Source: Psammoneis japonica (taxonomy: Eukaryota). From it: a stretch of 61,683 nucleotides of DNA. Shown one piece after another: positions 36,433 to 47,804 of the stretch. A program made the translations under genes and the position numbers. The stretch is taken from assembly GCA_008632985.1 (NCBI GenBank), contig QPGO01000208.1, positions 62,001-123,683 on the forward strand, written 5' to 3'. Each line of letters begins with the position of its first letter. Within the stretch, counting starts at the first letter, position 1. The notes under the pieces are model-generated. The model was given only the letters and a program-made list of their open reading frames with translations, made no database searches and had not been told where the DNA came from.

Positions 36433-37755
36433 ATGTCGCAAGCGTGTTCTCCAATGAGTACTACTCCTCCTCCTCCTCCTCGTTCTTTGCATGACTCTTG
36501 CTTGCACGTGATTGTCAAGAATCTGGAGCGGTATCCACCGGAAGCCATGGGTGTGTTATCACAAGACGAATGGGAATCGGTCGTTCAGCTCCGACATGTC
36601 AAGTCGACGCCTCAACAAAAAACGTCACCGGGACTGGACGGTACGGGGCGATTGGTACCGGCCATTTCGGCTCGTTTCATGACGGAAATGGAACAAATCA
36701 ATAGTCATTTTCGTGAATCGATGGTTGCGGATGGATTGGTTTGGAAGGATTGTGTGGAACATCGATTTAAACGAGGCGGTATGCTACGACCTACGGCTTT
36801 GCTCTTGCCGTGGCCACGACTTGTGGAATCCATACGCGTGGCGCAGAGTGCGTTGGAACAATTTATTGTCAAGAGGGAAATAATAACGGAACCGGATGGA
36901 TCTGGTCAGAGTGAGTTTTTGAGCTCACTCGAGGTGATTGTTACGTCGCCTATGAATGTGGCGTTGTTGCAAGCGACTGGAGTCGGAAAGTCTGTAAAGA
37001 AGTTGATCAAGGCGTGCAACCAGAACTTGGTACGGGTGGATGTTTTGACGGAACGTCGAATTGGGCGAAACGTAGTGTCACCAAAGGTTATACTGGTACA
37101 GACCTTTGAACGGTGGAAAAGATTGCCAGGCATTACAAACAACAACGTAGCAGCTTCGACAACAGTAGTCGACAAGAATTTGCAACAAGAGCTGGATGAT
37201 TTGCGTATAGCCGAGACGTGTACGTCTTGGAGAGACTTGTACCAAGCCTTGAGTCGGCGACAAGAGACTGTCCGTTCCAGCCAGGGAGCTCGTATGCGGC
37301 AAATACGGCAGAACTTGTCAAAAGACCGACCCAAGATTGTCAAGGTTCGCCCTACCAATCCAAAACACACGGCCATGCTGCAGAATAAGCAGAGGGCCAT
37401 GCAACAGCAAGCACGTCAAAAGGCGGCTCTCCCCAAGAACAAGATGCAAAAGTTACGTGAGGAGAGTGCGGTAGCTGCGTCGTGGCAAAAGTCGTCTACG
37501 ATGAAAAAGACAAGTACGGTCCAACCCGCCCGAGGCAACAAGGTTTCTTCCTCCTCCTCCTCCTCGTCTTCGTTTGGTGCTGCAGTGGCCTTTTGCTCGG
37601 GTGGTGACCCCAGGAAGAAGAAACGAAAACATGCCGCGGTGATTACAATGGGTGCCGGAAAGCAAATGTCTTTACCAAAAAAGGCGTTAATACAAGGGCG
37701 TGGTGGTGTTGCTGTAGCTCTTTCCAAAAAGGCGCGTCGAACCCTGAAACGGTGA
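36433..37755 (+). CDS. Elongin-A-like protein with TFIIS N-terminal (LW)-like domain
   Basis: BC-box-like 'SLHDSCLHVI', TFIIS-N-like 'MNVALLQATGVGKSVKKL', EloA-like 'SWRDLY', basic NLS-like tail. Confidence 0.65.
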   Translation: MSQACSPMSTTPPPPPRSLHDSCLHVIVKNLERYPPEAMGVLSQDEWESVVQLRHVKSTPQQKTSPGLDGTGRLVPAISARFMTEMEQINSHFRESMVADGLVWKDCVEHRFKRGGMLRPTALLLPWPRLVESIRVAQSALEQFIVKREIITEPDGSGQSEFLSSLEVIVTSPMNVALLQATGVGKSVKKLIKACNQNLVRVDVLTERRIGRNVVSPKVILVQTFERWKRLPGITNNNVAASTTVVDKNLQQELDDLRIAETCTSWRDLYQALSRRQETVRSSQGARMRQIRQNLSKDRPKIVKVRPTNPKHTAMLQNKQRAMQQQARQKAALPKNKMQKLREESAVAASWQKSSTMKKTSTVQPARGNKVSSSSSSSSSFGAAVAFCSGGDPRKKKRKHAAVITMGAGKQMSLPKKALIQGRGGVAVALSKKARRTLKR

Positions 37756-38181
37756 GAAATCAAGGATGGTCATTATTGTGTCAAACCATTCCGTTCTTCC
37801 GTGTGGTGCCTGAAACCTTCTGTTGGAAAAAGTCTGGACTACTCGTAGTTAATCATAGGTTCTTTAGTTGTAGTTAGTCTTCACAAGCTCGCAATGGCTA
37901 GCGATGATGCGACTTGTAAATGCTACTACTGCCTACTAACTTTTTCGACAATCTGGAATCTTTTTCACGTTTATTTGATGATGGTGAACTTTTACACGTC
38001 TGTACGTCCCCAGCCACGAGAAACCCGGAACTTGAACTTGCGTCAGCGGACCGCCGCACGAAATCTTGCTGTTAGTTGCGGGTTGCGGTGCTTTTCTTCG
38101 AAAAGATTGGCTTCGCGTTGTTGCACTTTATTGCTTTTTGTCGACTCTATGTTTTGGACAATTGTTTGACGAGTGTAAACC

Positions 38182-39687
38182 ATGGTTAAGTTTAGCGTTT
38201 CAGCATTGGCACTTGTGGCTGCTGCCAGCAGTACCGCCAACGCCTTTGTGGCTCCGTCAGCATTTCAGGGACCAAAGACAACGTCGTTGAAAATGTCGGC
38301 TGTTCCTGTCAATGATTCTCCTCCTTTGGCTCCTCTAACGTGCTGGGGAGATCAGATCAGTGATATCCGTGCACTTCAAGCTGGATACCGTTCCAAGCCA
38401 CTTCCGGAATTCGCGCCCACCGTGTCTGCAAAAGAGCTGGGTCTCAAGGAAGGAGACGTGGAGGGACAACTCCAGTATGTAAAGGACAATGCTCGAGAGC
38501 TCAAGGAGAAAATGCAAGAAGGCACCGCCGTGATCTTTCGAGACTTTGATTTGATGAAGACACAGGAAGGATTCCAGAAATTTTACAATGCCCTCGGAAT
38601 GAAGGTGTGTTTGGACCCACTTCATTCCGTATCTGCTCGGCCCACTGTGGACGGACAGAAGAATAGTCCGGTCTACGAGGCTGTCAACAAGGAAAGCAGG
38701 AAGAACTTTTTCATTGGTAGGTGCCACTTGTCTTTCTGTTTGTTTTATATTGGATCTATTGATACAGGCAAACTGACTTCAACTCTCGCTCTCTTCTATG
38801 TTTAAAATATTCAAGGCATGCACAATGAATTTGTCGGAACCCGTGCTCCCCGAGCCGCCGCCTTTGTTTGCTTCAAGGCTGCGGAGGAGGGAGGTGAATT
38901 CCTCATTGCCGACGGGCGCCGAATGTTTCGCGACTTGGATAGCGACTTGGTAGAGAAACTTTACAACCGTCAAATCCGTTACTCTGTCATGGAGCTGCCC
39001 TTTTTTGGATGGATTGACAAGCTCCCAGGGCCAATCCAGGAGCCCGTCATGGGGGGAATCAAAGGTCTAGCGAGCGCTGCCATTAACGCCAAGGTGGACT
39101 TTTCGGTCGATCTTCGTTGGGGAGAGGGTGGATATGACAATACGAAAATGCTCCAGGCCAGAGCGCCACCTCAACCACCATTGTAGTCCATCCAGTGACG
39201 GGTGATCCCACGTGGTTTTGCAATGTTCATTCACACTCATCCAAACTCCGCAAAGACAGGGAGGCAATGTAAGTTTTACTGGAGAACGTCCGAAACAAAA
39301 AGGCTTTCTTCTTTCGTGTTGGGTATCACTCACGTCAACGTGTATCTCCTTTTTGACTATTCTAAAAGCTACGGCGCTGAACGATTCGAGGACGGTGCAT
39401 CACAAATCAATAAGTCCGACATGTTCTTTGGGGACGACGGCGACATTAGCGACGAGAATCTGAAGCACATGGACGAAATCACTTTGAAGAACGTCAAATA
39501 CGTGAAAATGAGGGAGGGTGATGTCGTCTTGCTAGATAATTACAAATGCATGCACGGGAGAAATGTCTTTGACGGTACCCGAAAGCACGGCGTTGCCTGG
39601 TTTGAGGGATGGGAAGGCGAAGAAGAAATGAAAGCAAAGCAATCCGAAACGTCTAACGCAGCTCCCTACTTTGTCACTGAAAAGTAA
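38182..39687 (+). CDS. TauD/TfdA-family Fe(II)/2-oxoglutarate dioxygenase, plastid-type presequence, three exons
   Basis: 'ANA-FVAP' motif. Intron ~38717-38816 joins 'FFIG-MHNE' (H-x-E). Second intron ~39269-39369. 'GDVVLLDNYKCMHGR' C-terminal His/Arg. Probable indel near 39180. Confidence 0.8.
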
Positions 39688-40559
39688 ACGCAGACGAAAG
39701 CTCGCAAGTCGGGGTTTGATGCATTGAATGTTGGCTTTTGCTTTGCTTAGGATGTACGGAAGCGATTTCATCGATGCATGGTATCTTCTCACTAGCTATA
39801 AACAGACAGCTTAGACGCTTCTAAAGATGTATTATATAGCATTGCGATTACAATAGGTGCATAGGCATGCTCTTACACCAGGCTTCACATATAATTGTCC
39901 TGGTTCGTCCTTTACGTCTAGCTGCTCTGCACAGTCGATTCGTCCTCAGAAACAGGGCGGAAGAAATAGCGTTGCTGAAGATCTTTTCGACGCTCCTCTA
40001 CCAAACGCTTTGAATTCAATCTTGCGGGCTCAAAGCATGACGGAGGAATTATGGTTTGGATTGGATAAACGACACGGTGCTTGGTGTGTTGTGCAATCTT
40101 GGATGCCTTCTGCACTGTGTCAGCGCCAGCGGTATTTTCTCCCACACATAGCGTGGTAATGGAGTCTAAGATTTTACCGAGACCACGATCACTGAGACTT
40201 CTAGGATAACCATGTTGATGGATGTTTTCAACGTCGTCTGTATCATCTCGATAGTGAACGACGAAACCTCTTGCTAGGCGACTCGTTTCCTTTCCTGACT
40301 CAGACATACCGACGGCACGTGGCACGGCCCTACTCTTTTTCAACCTTTTGAGGAGTTTCCTTTGCTGCTAACAAAGTGCGGCGGGGTAGACTAATGAGCA
40401 CAACTCTTGATTTTGGGGTCAAATTGCCATCATCCGAAAGCGAAAGAAATGTGATCTGAAAATTTCGATGCGGATGGAGATTTTTCGAAAATTTGGTACC
40501 AATATGCTCACCTCCACTCATGAAGGCCTATAATGAAATAGATTTCGAGAGTGATGATG

Positions 40560-41600
40560 CATACACTTCTTCAGATTCGAATAAACTATTTTGAAACAGT
40601 CGTGCATCATCAGCGCAAAAACCACATAACTGCAGATGCACACATGCCAGCCCATGCATGTTTTCTCCCACAGGAACCTCAGCATCTTTTGTGGTCTCTT
40701 TTGTTGTCTGTTGGATGATTGAGAAAGACAATTGGAGGAAAACAAAAGAAGTTTGTTGTGAAAAATTGGAGCAGCTTGAGCACAGTGGATTTGTCACAAC
40801 ACACAAAATGGAGAGAGAATGACCATGGTGCAAGAACACCAGTGCTGCAGGCACCCCTTGGTGTTGAATTGCCATGACAACTGTGCAAAAAAATGTTTTT
40901 TTGTGCACACTCACCTTTCAATTTTTGAAAAGATCAAATTTGAAGGAGTTGTTCAGTGTGCCAAACTGCACAGAAAATCTCGGCCTCTCGCTGATGGATT
41001 TCTCATCACCCGGGGATGGAACAGGCCATGTGGTGTGACAAGCATCTCAAACATCAGCAAAAAAGAAAAAGAAGCACAGCAATGCAAGTGAGCAGCTCTT
41101 TCTCTGGATTGCAAAGAAATCTTCCAAAACAGCCATCTGCCACAGTGTTTGCAGCAGGCAAGTGCCCCCCTTGCAGCAGCGGCTGGCATCAGCACAATGC
41201 AAGGCAGTTTTTTTGTGAAGAGAGAGGTTTCTGTTCAAGAATGTGGCACCTGAAGATCCCTGAATGGGGCTGGATCAGTGCTGTGCATGTTTTCCATGCA
41301 CAAGGTGACAGCCCAGGTGTGCTCATTTTTAAAAAGCAATGCCGCCAGAGGTGCCAGCAGGGGGAAGCAGGAGATGGTCGTGATCATTTTGCACGCGGGG
41401 GTGAGTTTTTGCATGGTGTGCACAACAAAACGGAAAGCACACCACAGTGCCTCAAGGGAACTCCAGAGAGCAGCATGGAAACAGGTTGGTTCCATTGTGA
41501 TGTGCTGTCATCTCTCATGGGCTTCTTTTTGGCCGAGCAGGTGGTGGAGCAGGCCCCAGCGAGCCAGCTGATGGGGTGGTGGTGCCATCTTGTCCACGAC
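40560..41600. mobile_element. Decayed CpG/TpA-depleted block of unknown origin
   Basis: Same dinucleotide signature as the other blocks; no family recognised. Confidence 0.45.
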
Positions 41601-41699
41601 TCGTGAATGAAACTCGCAGTCCCGAACTGCTGTCATCGATGAGAAGCACGAAGCACGTGCTACATGCTGCATATTTTTTTTTCTGATGCGAATCCAACC

Positions 41700-43700
41700 A
41701 TGGCAATGAATAGACGGAAGGCAAGAGCAATTGCTTTGGTGTATTATATGTTACGGGGTACAGAGGCTAATTTTGATCCGTATGGTTTCCAATCGGGGCC
41801 TGATGTGGGGAGCTCTTTTGCAGGAGGCATGTTCTATGACGCTCAAGAGCACTTGCTGTATGTCACGGGTGAGTGTGAAAAGAAGTGACGGCATGTTTTG
41901 CGCTTTCTCTGTAAATTCTAATATAGAATCCTAACGTATGTACGACTCAATACGATAGGAGCCACTTATGGGCGTTTCTTTACGAGCTATCAACAATCCG
42001 GCGCTTTGCTACCTCAAGAACAAGTCGACGACTCGGACTGCTTCATGGCGATTTATAAACTTAGTGGACAAGATGCTGCTCCGGCATTACAGAGTACACA
42101 GCGATGGGGAACAGTTCCGGTACCCGAGGCATGTAGTGCTATTGCAGTGACAAGAGCAAATGAGAAAAACAGCAGACACGTTTATGCTGTGGGAAATTCC
42201 GAAGCATCTGGGTTCTTGACACAACTCGCAGACAATGGCGAGGAAGCCGCAGTCTTTGGGACCTTGACGGACTTTGAAGTGAATTCCTTTAATGGTGGTG
42301 GCACGATAACCACAATACTCCAGGGTGGAAGCTTGCTACGCCCCAGAAACGGACTTCAGTATCCTGTAGCAATCACCATGGATCCCGATGAGAATGTTTA
42401 CGTTGCAAGCATGCTGAGTTTCGATAAGCAGTTGCGAGAACGTTCCCCAACCAATAACGACAATGTTGATGTGAAAAGTGGTGGACACTTGAAAGATGGG
42501 AAGAACTTTTTGGTGGCTGTTGAACGGCTCTCCCGGGCGGCAGACGTGGAAGATGTTGCAACTGGCTTTCGAGAAACACTAAAGACAAACTGGACGTTTG
42601 AAGAAGGTGCTTCGGATGGTGTCATTTTGAGTTCCTTGCTGTACGTCAATAATGAGACATTGCTAATGGCGGGCTCAACCAAAGGCTATGGGCTCGCATT
42701 TGGAGCGAATTTGAAGTCCGTGGACGATTACGACGGTTTTGTGACAAAGATACACCCGCACACTGGCGTTGTGCTCGTTCCCGACAACACGACTGACGCG
42801 GAGCACAAGTTTGCTTCTTCTTACTCCGCGCGCATTGAATCGTTGCCCCATCAAGATGACTTTGTAAATGGTCTTTGCTTCTGGGAAGAGGACGTGTACG
42901 TGGTGGGGACGACTGTAGGACCTCCATTGGACGATAACTCGCCCCAAGGTTCAAGCGCCTTTATCCGGAAATTGCGTTTGGACACTCTCGAGGTGGAGTG
43001 GAAAGTCGACCTGGGTGGTATGCGTGAGTTGATGGAATCGGAACGCTACGATCCTGGTTATGTTCAAGGAGTTGGCTGTGCTGTGACGGAGGACGGCCAA
43101 CATGTTTATGTCGCCGGCAACGTTCTCGATGGTGCAATGTTGGATTTGCCCAGTCAAATTGTGTCCAAAGGTGGAGATGATATTTACGTTGTACAACTCA
43201 ATGCCGACCATGGAGACATTAATTTCGCCACACAAATCGGGACCGAAAACAATGAAAGGCTGGCTACGGGTGGCGGTATCGCTGTGGACAAGGAGGGTCA
43301 TGCTATCTTGTTGGGCAACACCGAAGGATCCATGCTGAGAGAAAAGGACGACGCCTTCACTGATGTTTTCTTTGTTTCTGTGTCTCGTACCACTGGACAA
43401 CATACAGATCTGGCGAGCCCTAAAAGTGGCAGCTCTAATGGTGTTAGTGCAACAGCAGCAATCATTGCAGTGGTTTGTGTATTGAGTTTCATAGCCCTTG
43501 TTGTGGCTGCATTCCTTTTCAGAACGTCGAAAAGAAGCCATACGGGCCGCCAGCTCGTACGTCAGCAGTCTTCCTTTGCCGATTGGGTGCAACGGCGGCG
43601 GTCAAGTGCCAGTTCCAAACCTGAATCCGATTTCGAGGAGCCCAGTAATAAACAGGAAAGCGAGACTGACACGGGGAAGAGCGTGCCTGCAATTGTCTAG
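41700..43700 (+). CDS. Secreted single-pass membrane protein with SBBP-like beta-propeller repeats, two exons
   Basis: Signal peptide, intron ~41869-41958, 'GGDDIYVVQLNAD.G.I.F..QIGT..NE....GIAVD.EG.A...GNT.GS' repeats and a C-terminal TM helix. Confidence 0.75.
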
Positions 43701-43925
43701 AGAGAGCGACTCGATTTCGGCTTGTAGATGTGCAAGGTCCCATCCATCCCAGCCAGAGCTTTTACATTAAGATTTTATCTGCAGCGTTAAGCTACTTTCT
43801 TTTTTAGTGTGCGAAAGAATGATGTACGGCATGTAGAGTCTTGTGAGATTGAGCAATTGAGTCCAAGTTAGATTCGCTAGAGCCAGAGTTAGCACATAGA
43901 GAGAGGGAAAGGACCATCGATAGTG

Positions 43926-43927
<2 letters not shown>

Positions 43928-43963
<36 letters not shown>
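43928..43963. repeat. (CT)n microsatellite, followed by a CTAG/TAG-rich low-complexity tract to ~44031
   Basis: Directly visible. Confidence 0.95.
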
Positions 43964-43966
<3 letters not shown>

Positions 43967-44196
43967 CTAGAGTAGCTACTAGCTCTAGAGCTAGTAGCTA
44001 GTAGAATAGAGTTAGTAGAGCCTTAGAGTAGATCGATTATGCGGTAGCAATCACGACGCGGACAAGCAGACAATCATCCCAGTGCGACAACACGTACGAA
44101 AAGATAAGAGCGCAGCGGCAGCAAAAATGCATCATCAACAACTCCTTTTACTGTACAAGAAAACGAAAAAGCCGAACCAAACTGCGTCGTCGCAAG

Positions 44197-45744
44197 ATGA
44201 TCAATCACAACTTTCGCTCACCATCGTTCACGAGACTGGTCAATGGTCTCAAGAAGTTAAAGAAGACTGTGACTACTGTGGAATCTTCCGCGGGTGGAGT
44301 CCTTTCTTCCTCCATCATGTCCGAGGAGGGATCTTCCGCTGTATTTTATGGAGGCTCTGTCGCCTACAATACCCGGAAGGCCTTGCCGCTGCTTTTAAGT
44401 GATAAAGATCTTCATTCGAAGCTCGTCAATTTCAAGAACGAAGCCATGCCTGGTGAAACTGAAGCGGACGTGTACATTCGATCCAAACTTCACTGGACAG
44501 CAGAAGCAGCCCTTGCGTTTTGTAAACAAATGAATGTCGATTATGCCATTGCAGAAGGAGGTGCCGCCGGTCCCACCTTTCGACCAAAAGGACTCGACAA
44601 GGGTTTTGCGGCTATTGCCATTGCTGGGCGAGACGACGACGACGACTCGTCAGTCCGCTTGTTGGCGCAGACGGTGGTCCACTCGACGCATGCCAATCGT
44701 CAGGGGAATATGCGACTGTTTGCGGATGCTGCTGCCGATTTGGCGTCCGATGCAATTGGAATTCCAAGTGATGCTGTGGACGAAAGCAATAATGAAATGA
44801 ATGCGTCATGTATGCCTCTGGATCGGGCAACGCATCTTCGACGAGATGAAGAAGCTATTCGAAACCTCGAGAAGCAGGAAGACTCCAAATATGTTATTGT
44901 CCGTGGTAGAGAATGCTTGTTTGCATCGCCTACTGAACTAGCTCTTGTTGGTCTTCAAGATGTACCGGACAATAGCGAAAAGACATTTCTTGGACTCGCT
45001 TCCGATGGCTCTGCGATCTTTAGTGTTGACCTGGATGATGATCAAGATGATTCTTTGTTTGATGTAGCAGGAAGCTTTGCGGACACTCGGACACAAGCGC
45101 CGCTCCTGAACGAGAAACACAACGAGCTTGCGTTGTATGCAACCGCCTTGTCACAATGGAAAAAGACACACAGGCGCTGTTCCAGTTGTGGTTCACCGCT
45201 CATCACAATTCAAGGTGGATCATGCCAAAGGTGTACAGGCTGCGGTGTCATGAGTTGGCCTCGTCAGGATCCCAGCATTATTGTTCTAGTCACCAATCGA
45301 CTCAAGAAAAACCGTGCTCTACTAGCGAGATCACCGCGCCATCCACCCAAAATGCACACGGCTCTGGCTGGCTTTGTCGAAGCCGGAGAAACATTTGAAC
45401 AAGCGGTTCATCGTGAAGTGTTTGAGGAAACCGGCGTGCACATTGATATGGACTCTGTGTCGTACATTGGATCTCAACCGTGGCCTTTTCCACGTTCTTG
45501 CATGATTGGTTTTCACGCCACGGCGGATGAGAATCAAGAGACTAACATGGACGAGGAAGAATTGGTAGAACTTGCTTGGTTTGACATTGACGACGTGGTC
45601 AAGGCATCGACCGTTCCTGGAGCGGTTATGCAACACGAAGTGGCAAAGAAAGCAATGGAAAATGATCCAACATTGCCGTTGTTGATTCCTCCGAATGGGG
45701 TAATAGCACGAAAGTTGATTGATAGTTGGCTCCATCAATCCTAG
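44197..45744 (+). CDS. Fusion of CinA/PncC (NMN deamidase-like) and NudC (NADH pyrophosphatase)
   Basis: N-terminal 'TVESSAGG...GSSAVFYGGSVAY...AEGGAAGP'. C-terminal 'CSSCG...CTGCG' zinc site, 'PRQDP', Nudix box 'GFVEAGETFEQAVHREVFEETG' and the NudC signature 'SQPWPFP'. Confidence 0.88.
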   Translation: MINHNFRSPSFTRLVNGLKKLKKTVTTVESSAGGVLSSSIMSEEGSSAVFYGGSVAYNTRKALPLLLSDKDLHSKLVNFKNEAMPGETEADVYIRSKLHWTAEAALAFCKQMNVDYAIAEGGAAGPTFRPKGLDKGFAAIAIAGRDDDDDSSVRLLAQTVVHSTHANRQGNMRLFADAAADLASDAIGIPSDAVDESNNEMNASCMPLDRATHLRRDEEAIRNLEKQEDSKYVIVRGRECLFASPTELALVGLQDVPDNSEKTFLGLASDGSAIFSVDLDDDQDDSLFDVAGSFADTRTQAPLLNEKHNELALYATALSQWKKTHRRCSSCGSPLITIQGGSCQRCTGCGVMSWPRQDPSIIVLVTNRLKKNRALLARSPRHPPKMHTALAGFVEAGETFEQAVHREVFEETGVHIDMDSVSYIGSQPWPFPRSCMIGFHATADENQETNMDEEELVELAWFDIDDVVKASTVPGAVMQHEVAKKAMENDPTLPLLIPPNGVIARKLIDSWLHQS

Positions 45745-45889
45745 ACAATATCATTTATTTTGGTAAGGATGAGAGATGAATAAGAACTTGACAGTTTCTT
45801 TACTAACACGTGCTCACCTTTATTTCTACTCCTACAGCACAAGCGACGCAATCACTTAGATCCTCCGAAGTTACCCCTCTTCTTCTGTT

Positions 45890-46998
45890 ACTGACGTTCA
45901 ACGCTCCCAACCTCAGCCAAAGTACAAATTAGCAGTGTCTGCCAGGTTGAGGCCAACGGGTGCCAAGTCTGCAGGTAAATCCAATTCATCGCCTTGCACA
46001 GTATGCGCCCCTGATAAAGGCAGAGAAGAAGGAAGCAATGCCACCCCTGCTCCGTATTGTCCCGATCGTCTTCAACGAGGGCGCGCGGAAGAGCCAAGGG
46101 CGTCTATGCGTTTGCCCGCTCGGTTCCGGTCAACTCATCGGGCCCAAAATCAATCATGCTTGTCACACGGGCAATGCGGTCGTGGAACCCCCACTGCGGA
46201 TGCCACCCATTCAATCATGACAAGTGTGGCTAATTTCGTTCCGTCCTCAATTTGAGGCCGACCACCCATTGAGATGGGGAAAGTTCACACCATACACATA
46301 CCCAAATGGCGAATCAGCGCCGACAACGTGCGGTTGCCAGTCTCGATCTCCCCGATAAAAAGAGGGGCATCTTGTGTATCCTTCGCTCGCCCACTACCTC
46401 CAGGTACACCCCACGTAGACAACACAATGTCTACTAGAGCAAACTCGCTGGAACGCAAGGATCCAAATGTACCATGGGACGTGCATACGGCATATCGTCG
46501 GGGACGAAAAAGCAGGGACGGGCTGCATTTGTCATGCAAGTAACAAGAGCAACAACGACAGCGGATTGTTGAAAACCCGATGACTCGCATAGACGCACCA
46601 AATTTTTTTGGTTTCGGGAAATGCATCCAGCTTGACGCCTTTTCCAGTAGCCATGCACAGTTCACCAAGCGAAGCGGCTTTGCCGTGAGCCACACGCCTT
46701 TCGGGAACACTTCTTCAATGCCAAGAAGTTCTGCAGGACCGCCAAAGGTATTATTGTTTCGAATACCTTCTTCATCCAGCTATTTGTAGGTCTCAACAGC
46801 GGCGACTGCCTTCTATTAGAGTTTTGGCAGAATCGCATGCATCCAGGAATTTGGAGTGCAACACCGTGTCTTCGATTTCTCCTCGACCTCAGTGTTGGAC
46901 GCCTGTGAACCTTCCAAACAGCTCGTCGTTTTCTTCGTACCGGAGGACGAGTTACTGGTAGTATCGGACATTGCCAGACTCGGACCCTTTGCATCCAA
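45890..46998 (-). pseudogene. Disrupted ORF, possibly of the PD-(D/E)xK/Uma2-like fold
   Basis: Broken frames with 'APLFIGEIETGNRT'. Weak motif-level resemblance only. Confidence 0.25.
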
Positions 46999-47189
46999 AC
47001 CACTCGTATCCTACATACTACAGCAGGACGTGTCGGATTTCGTCGGGCTCGCCATCGTGGCGTGCAAGTAGTCTTTGCAAGCAAATCAACGCAAAAGGGT
47101 TGCCTTGAAGAGATCACAATGCTTAAATTCGAAGCTGAAGTGCAGAAGAGAAGGAGAAGAAGTGTGAGTGTCTCAAGCTGGGGCCTAGA

Positions 47190-47385
47190 GCAGCGTCACC
47201 ACTTCGCCCCCTTGGCAGTGTCGTGCGGTGGATTGTTGGGCAAGGAAGCAAAAGCAACCCTCCGACGCGTTGCATCAAACTTTCAAGACAAATGGCAGAA
47301 GCTGAAACATGCAGATATGTGTCAATGCCAGAACGAGCATTACAATGGCGAGGGCTGCTCACCTCTGCCTGAGAGGCTCGAGAGA
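47190..47385 (+). mobile_element. 3' fragment of an RLE-type (CRE-like) non-LTR retrotransposon ORF
   Basis: 'HFAPLAVSCGGLLGKEAKATLRRVAS...KW' and, in another frame, 'VNARTSITMARAAHLCLRGSR' resemble the C-terminus of restriction-like-endonuclease LINEs. Confidence 0.7.
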
Positions 47386-47541
47386 ATCCCCTCGTCACAA
47401 ACCAGCGCTAGGCGCCCTCTCTGAGAGGAGGACAATGCTGCCCTGTGCAGGCACTAGACTACGTCATACAGTTGTCATCATTGCATTGAGGCTCAGCATT
47501 AATACCCAAGATCAAGGACGCACCCGATCCACCAAGACCCC

Positions 47542-47804
47542 CAACACCACAGTCTAAATGGTTGGCGGTGCCAGTGATCATTCAAAAATTCGTGCGCAGC
47601 ACTTGAAAAATCATGCGCGCGAAACCCAATTTCTATTCGAACGATTGCATTAACAATGTAAATCCCCTTTTTCAACACCACAGTCTAAATGGTTGGCGGT
47701 GCCAGTGATCATTCAAAAATTCGTGCGCAGCACTTGAAAAATCATGCGCGCGAAACCCAATTTCTATTCGAACGATATTGCATTAACAATGTAAATCCCC
47801 TTTT
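47542..47804. repeat. Tandem duplication of a 131-bp unit (47542-47672, 47673-47804), with a decayed third copy within ~47885-48080
   Basis: CAACACCACAGTCTAAATGG...GTAAATCCCCTTTT repeated; copy 2 carries a 2-nt insertion. Confidence 0.92.

Noticed and set aside
43964..44031. CTAG/TAG-rich tract (similar to 5590-5620) as a functional element
   Set aside because: Low-complexity intergenic sequence next to a microsatellite, with no conserved unit.
6000..45744. ART plus PncC-NudC as a linked NAD-centred system
   Set aside because: The genes are ~37 kb apart with many unrelated genes between them, in a eukaryote. There is no evidence of linkage.
47542..47804. CRISPR-like array
   Set aside because: Two long adjacent copies without unique spacers, and no cas genes.
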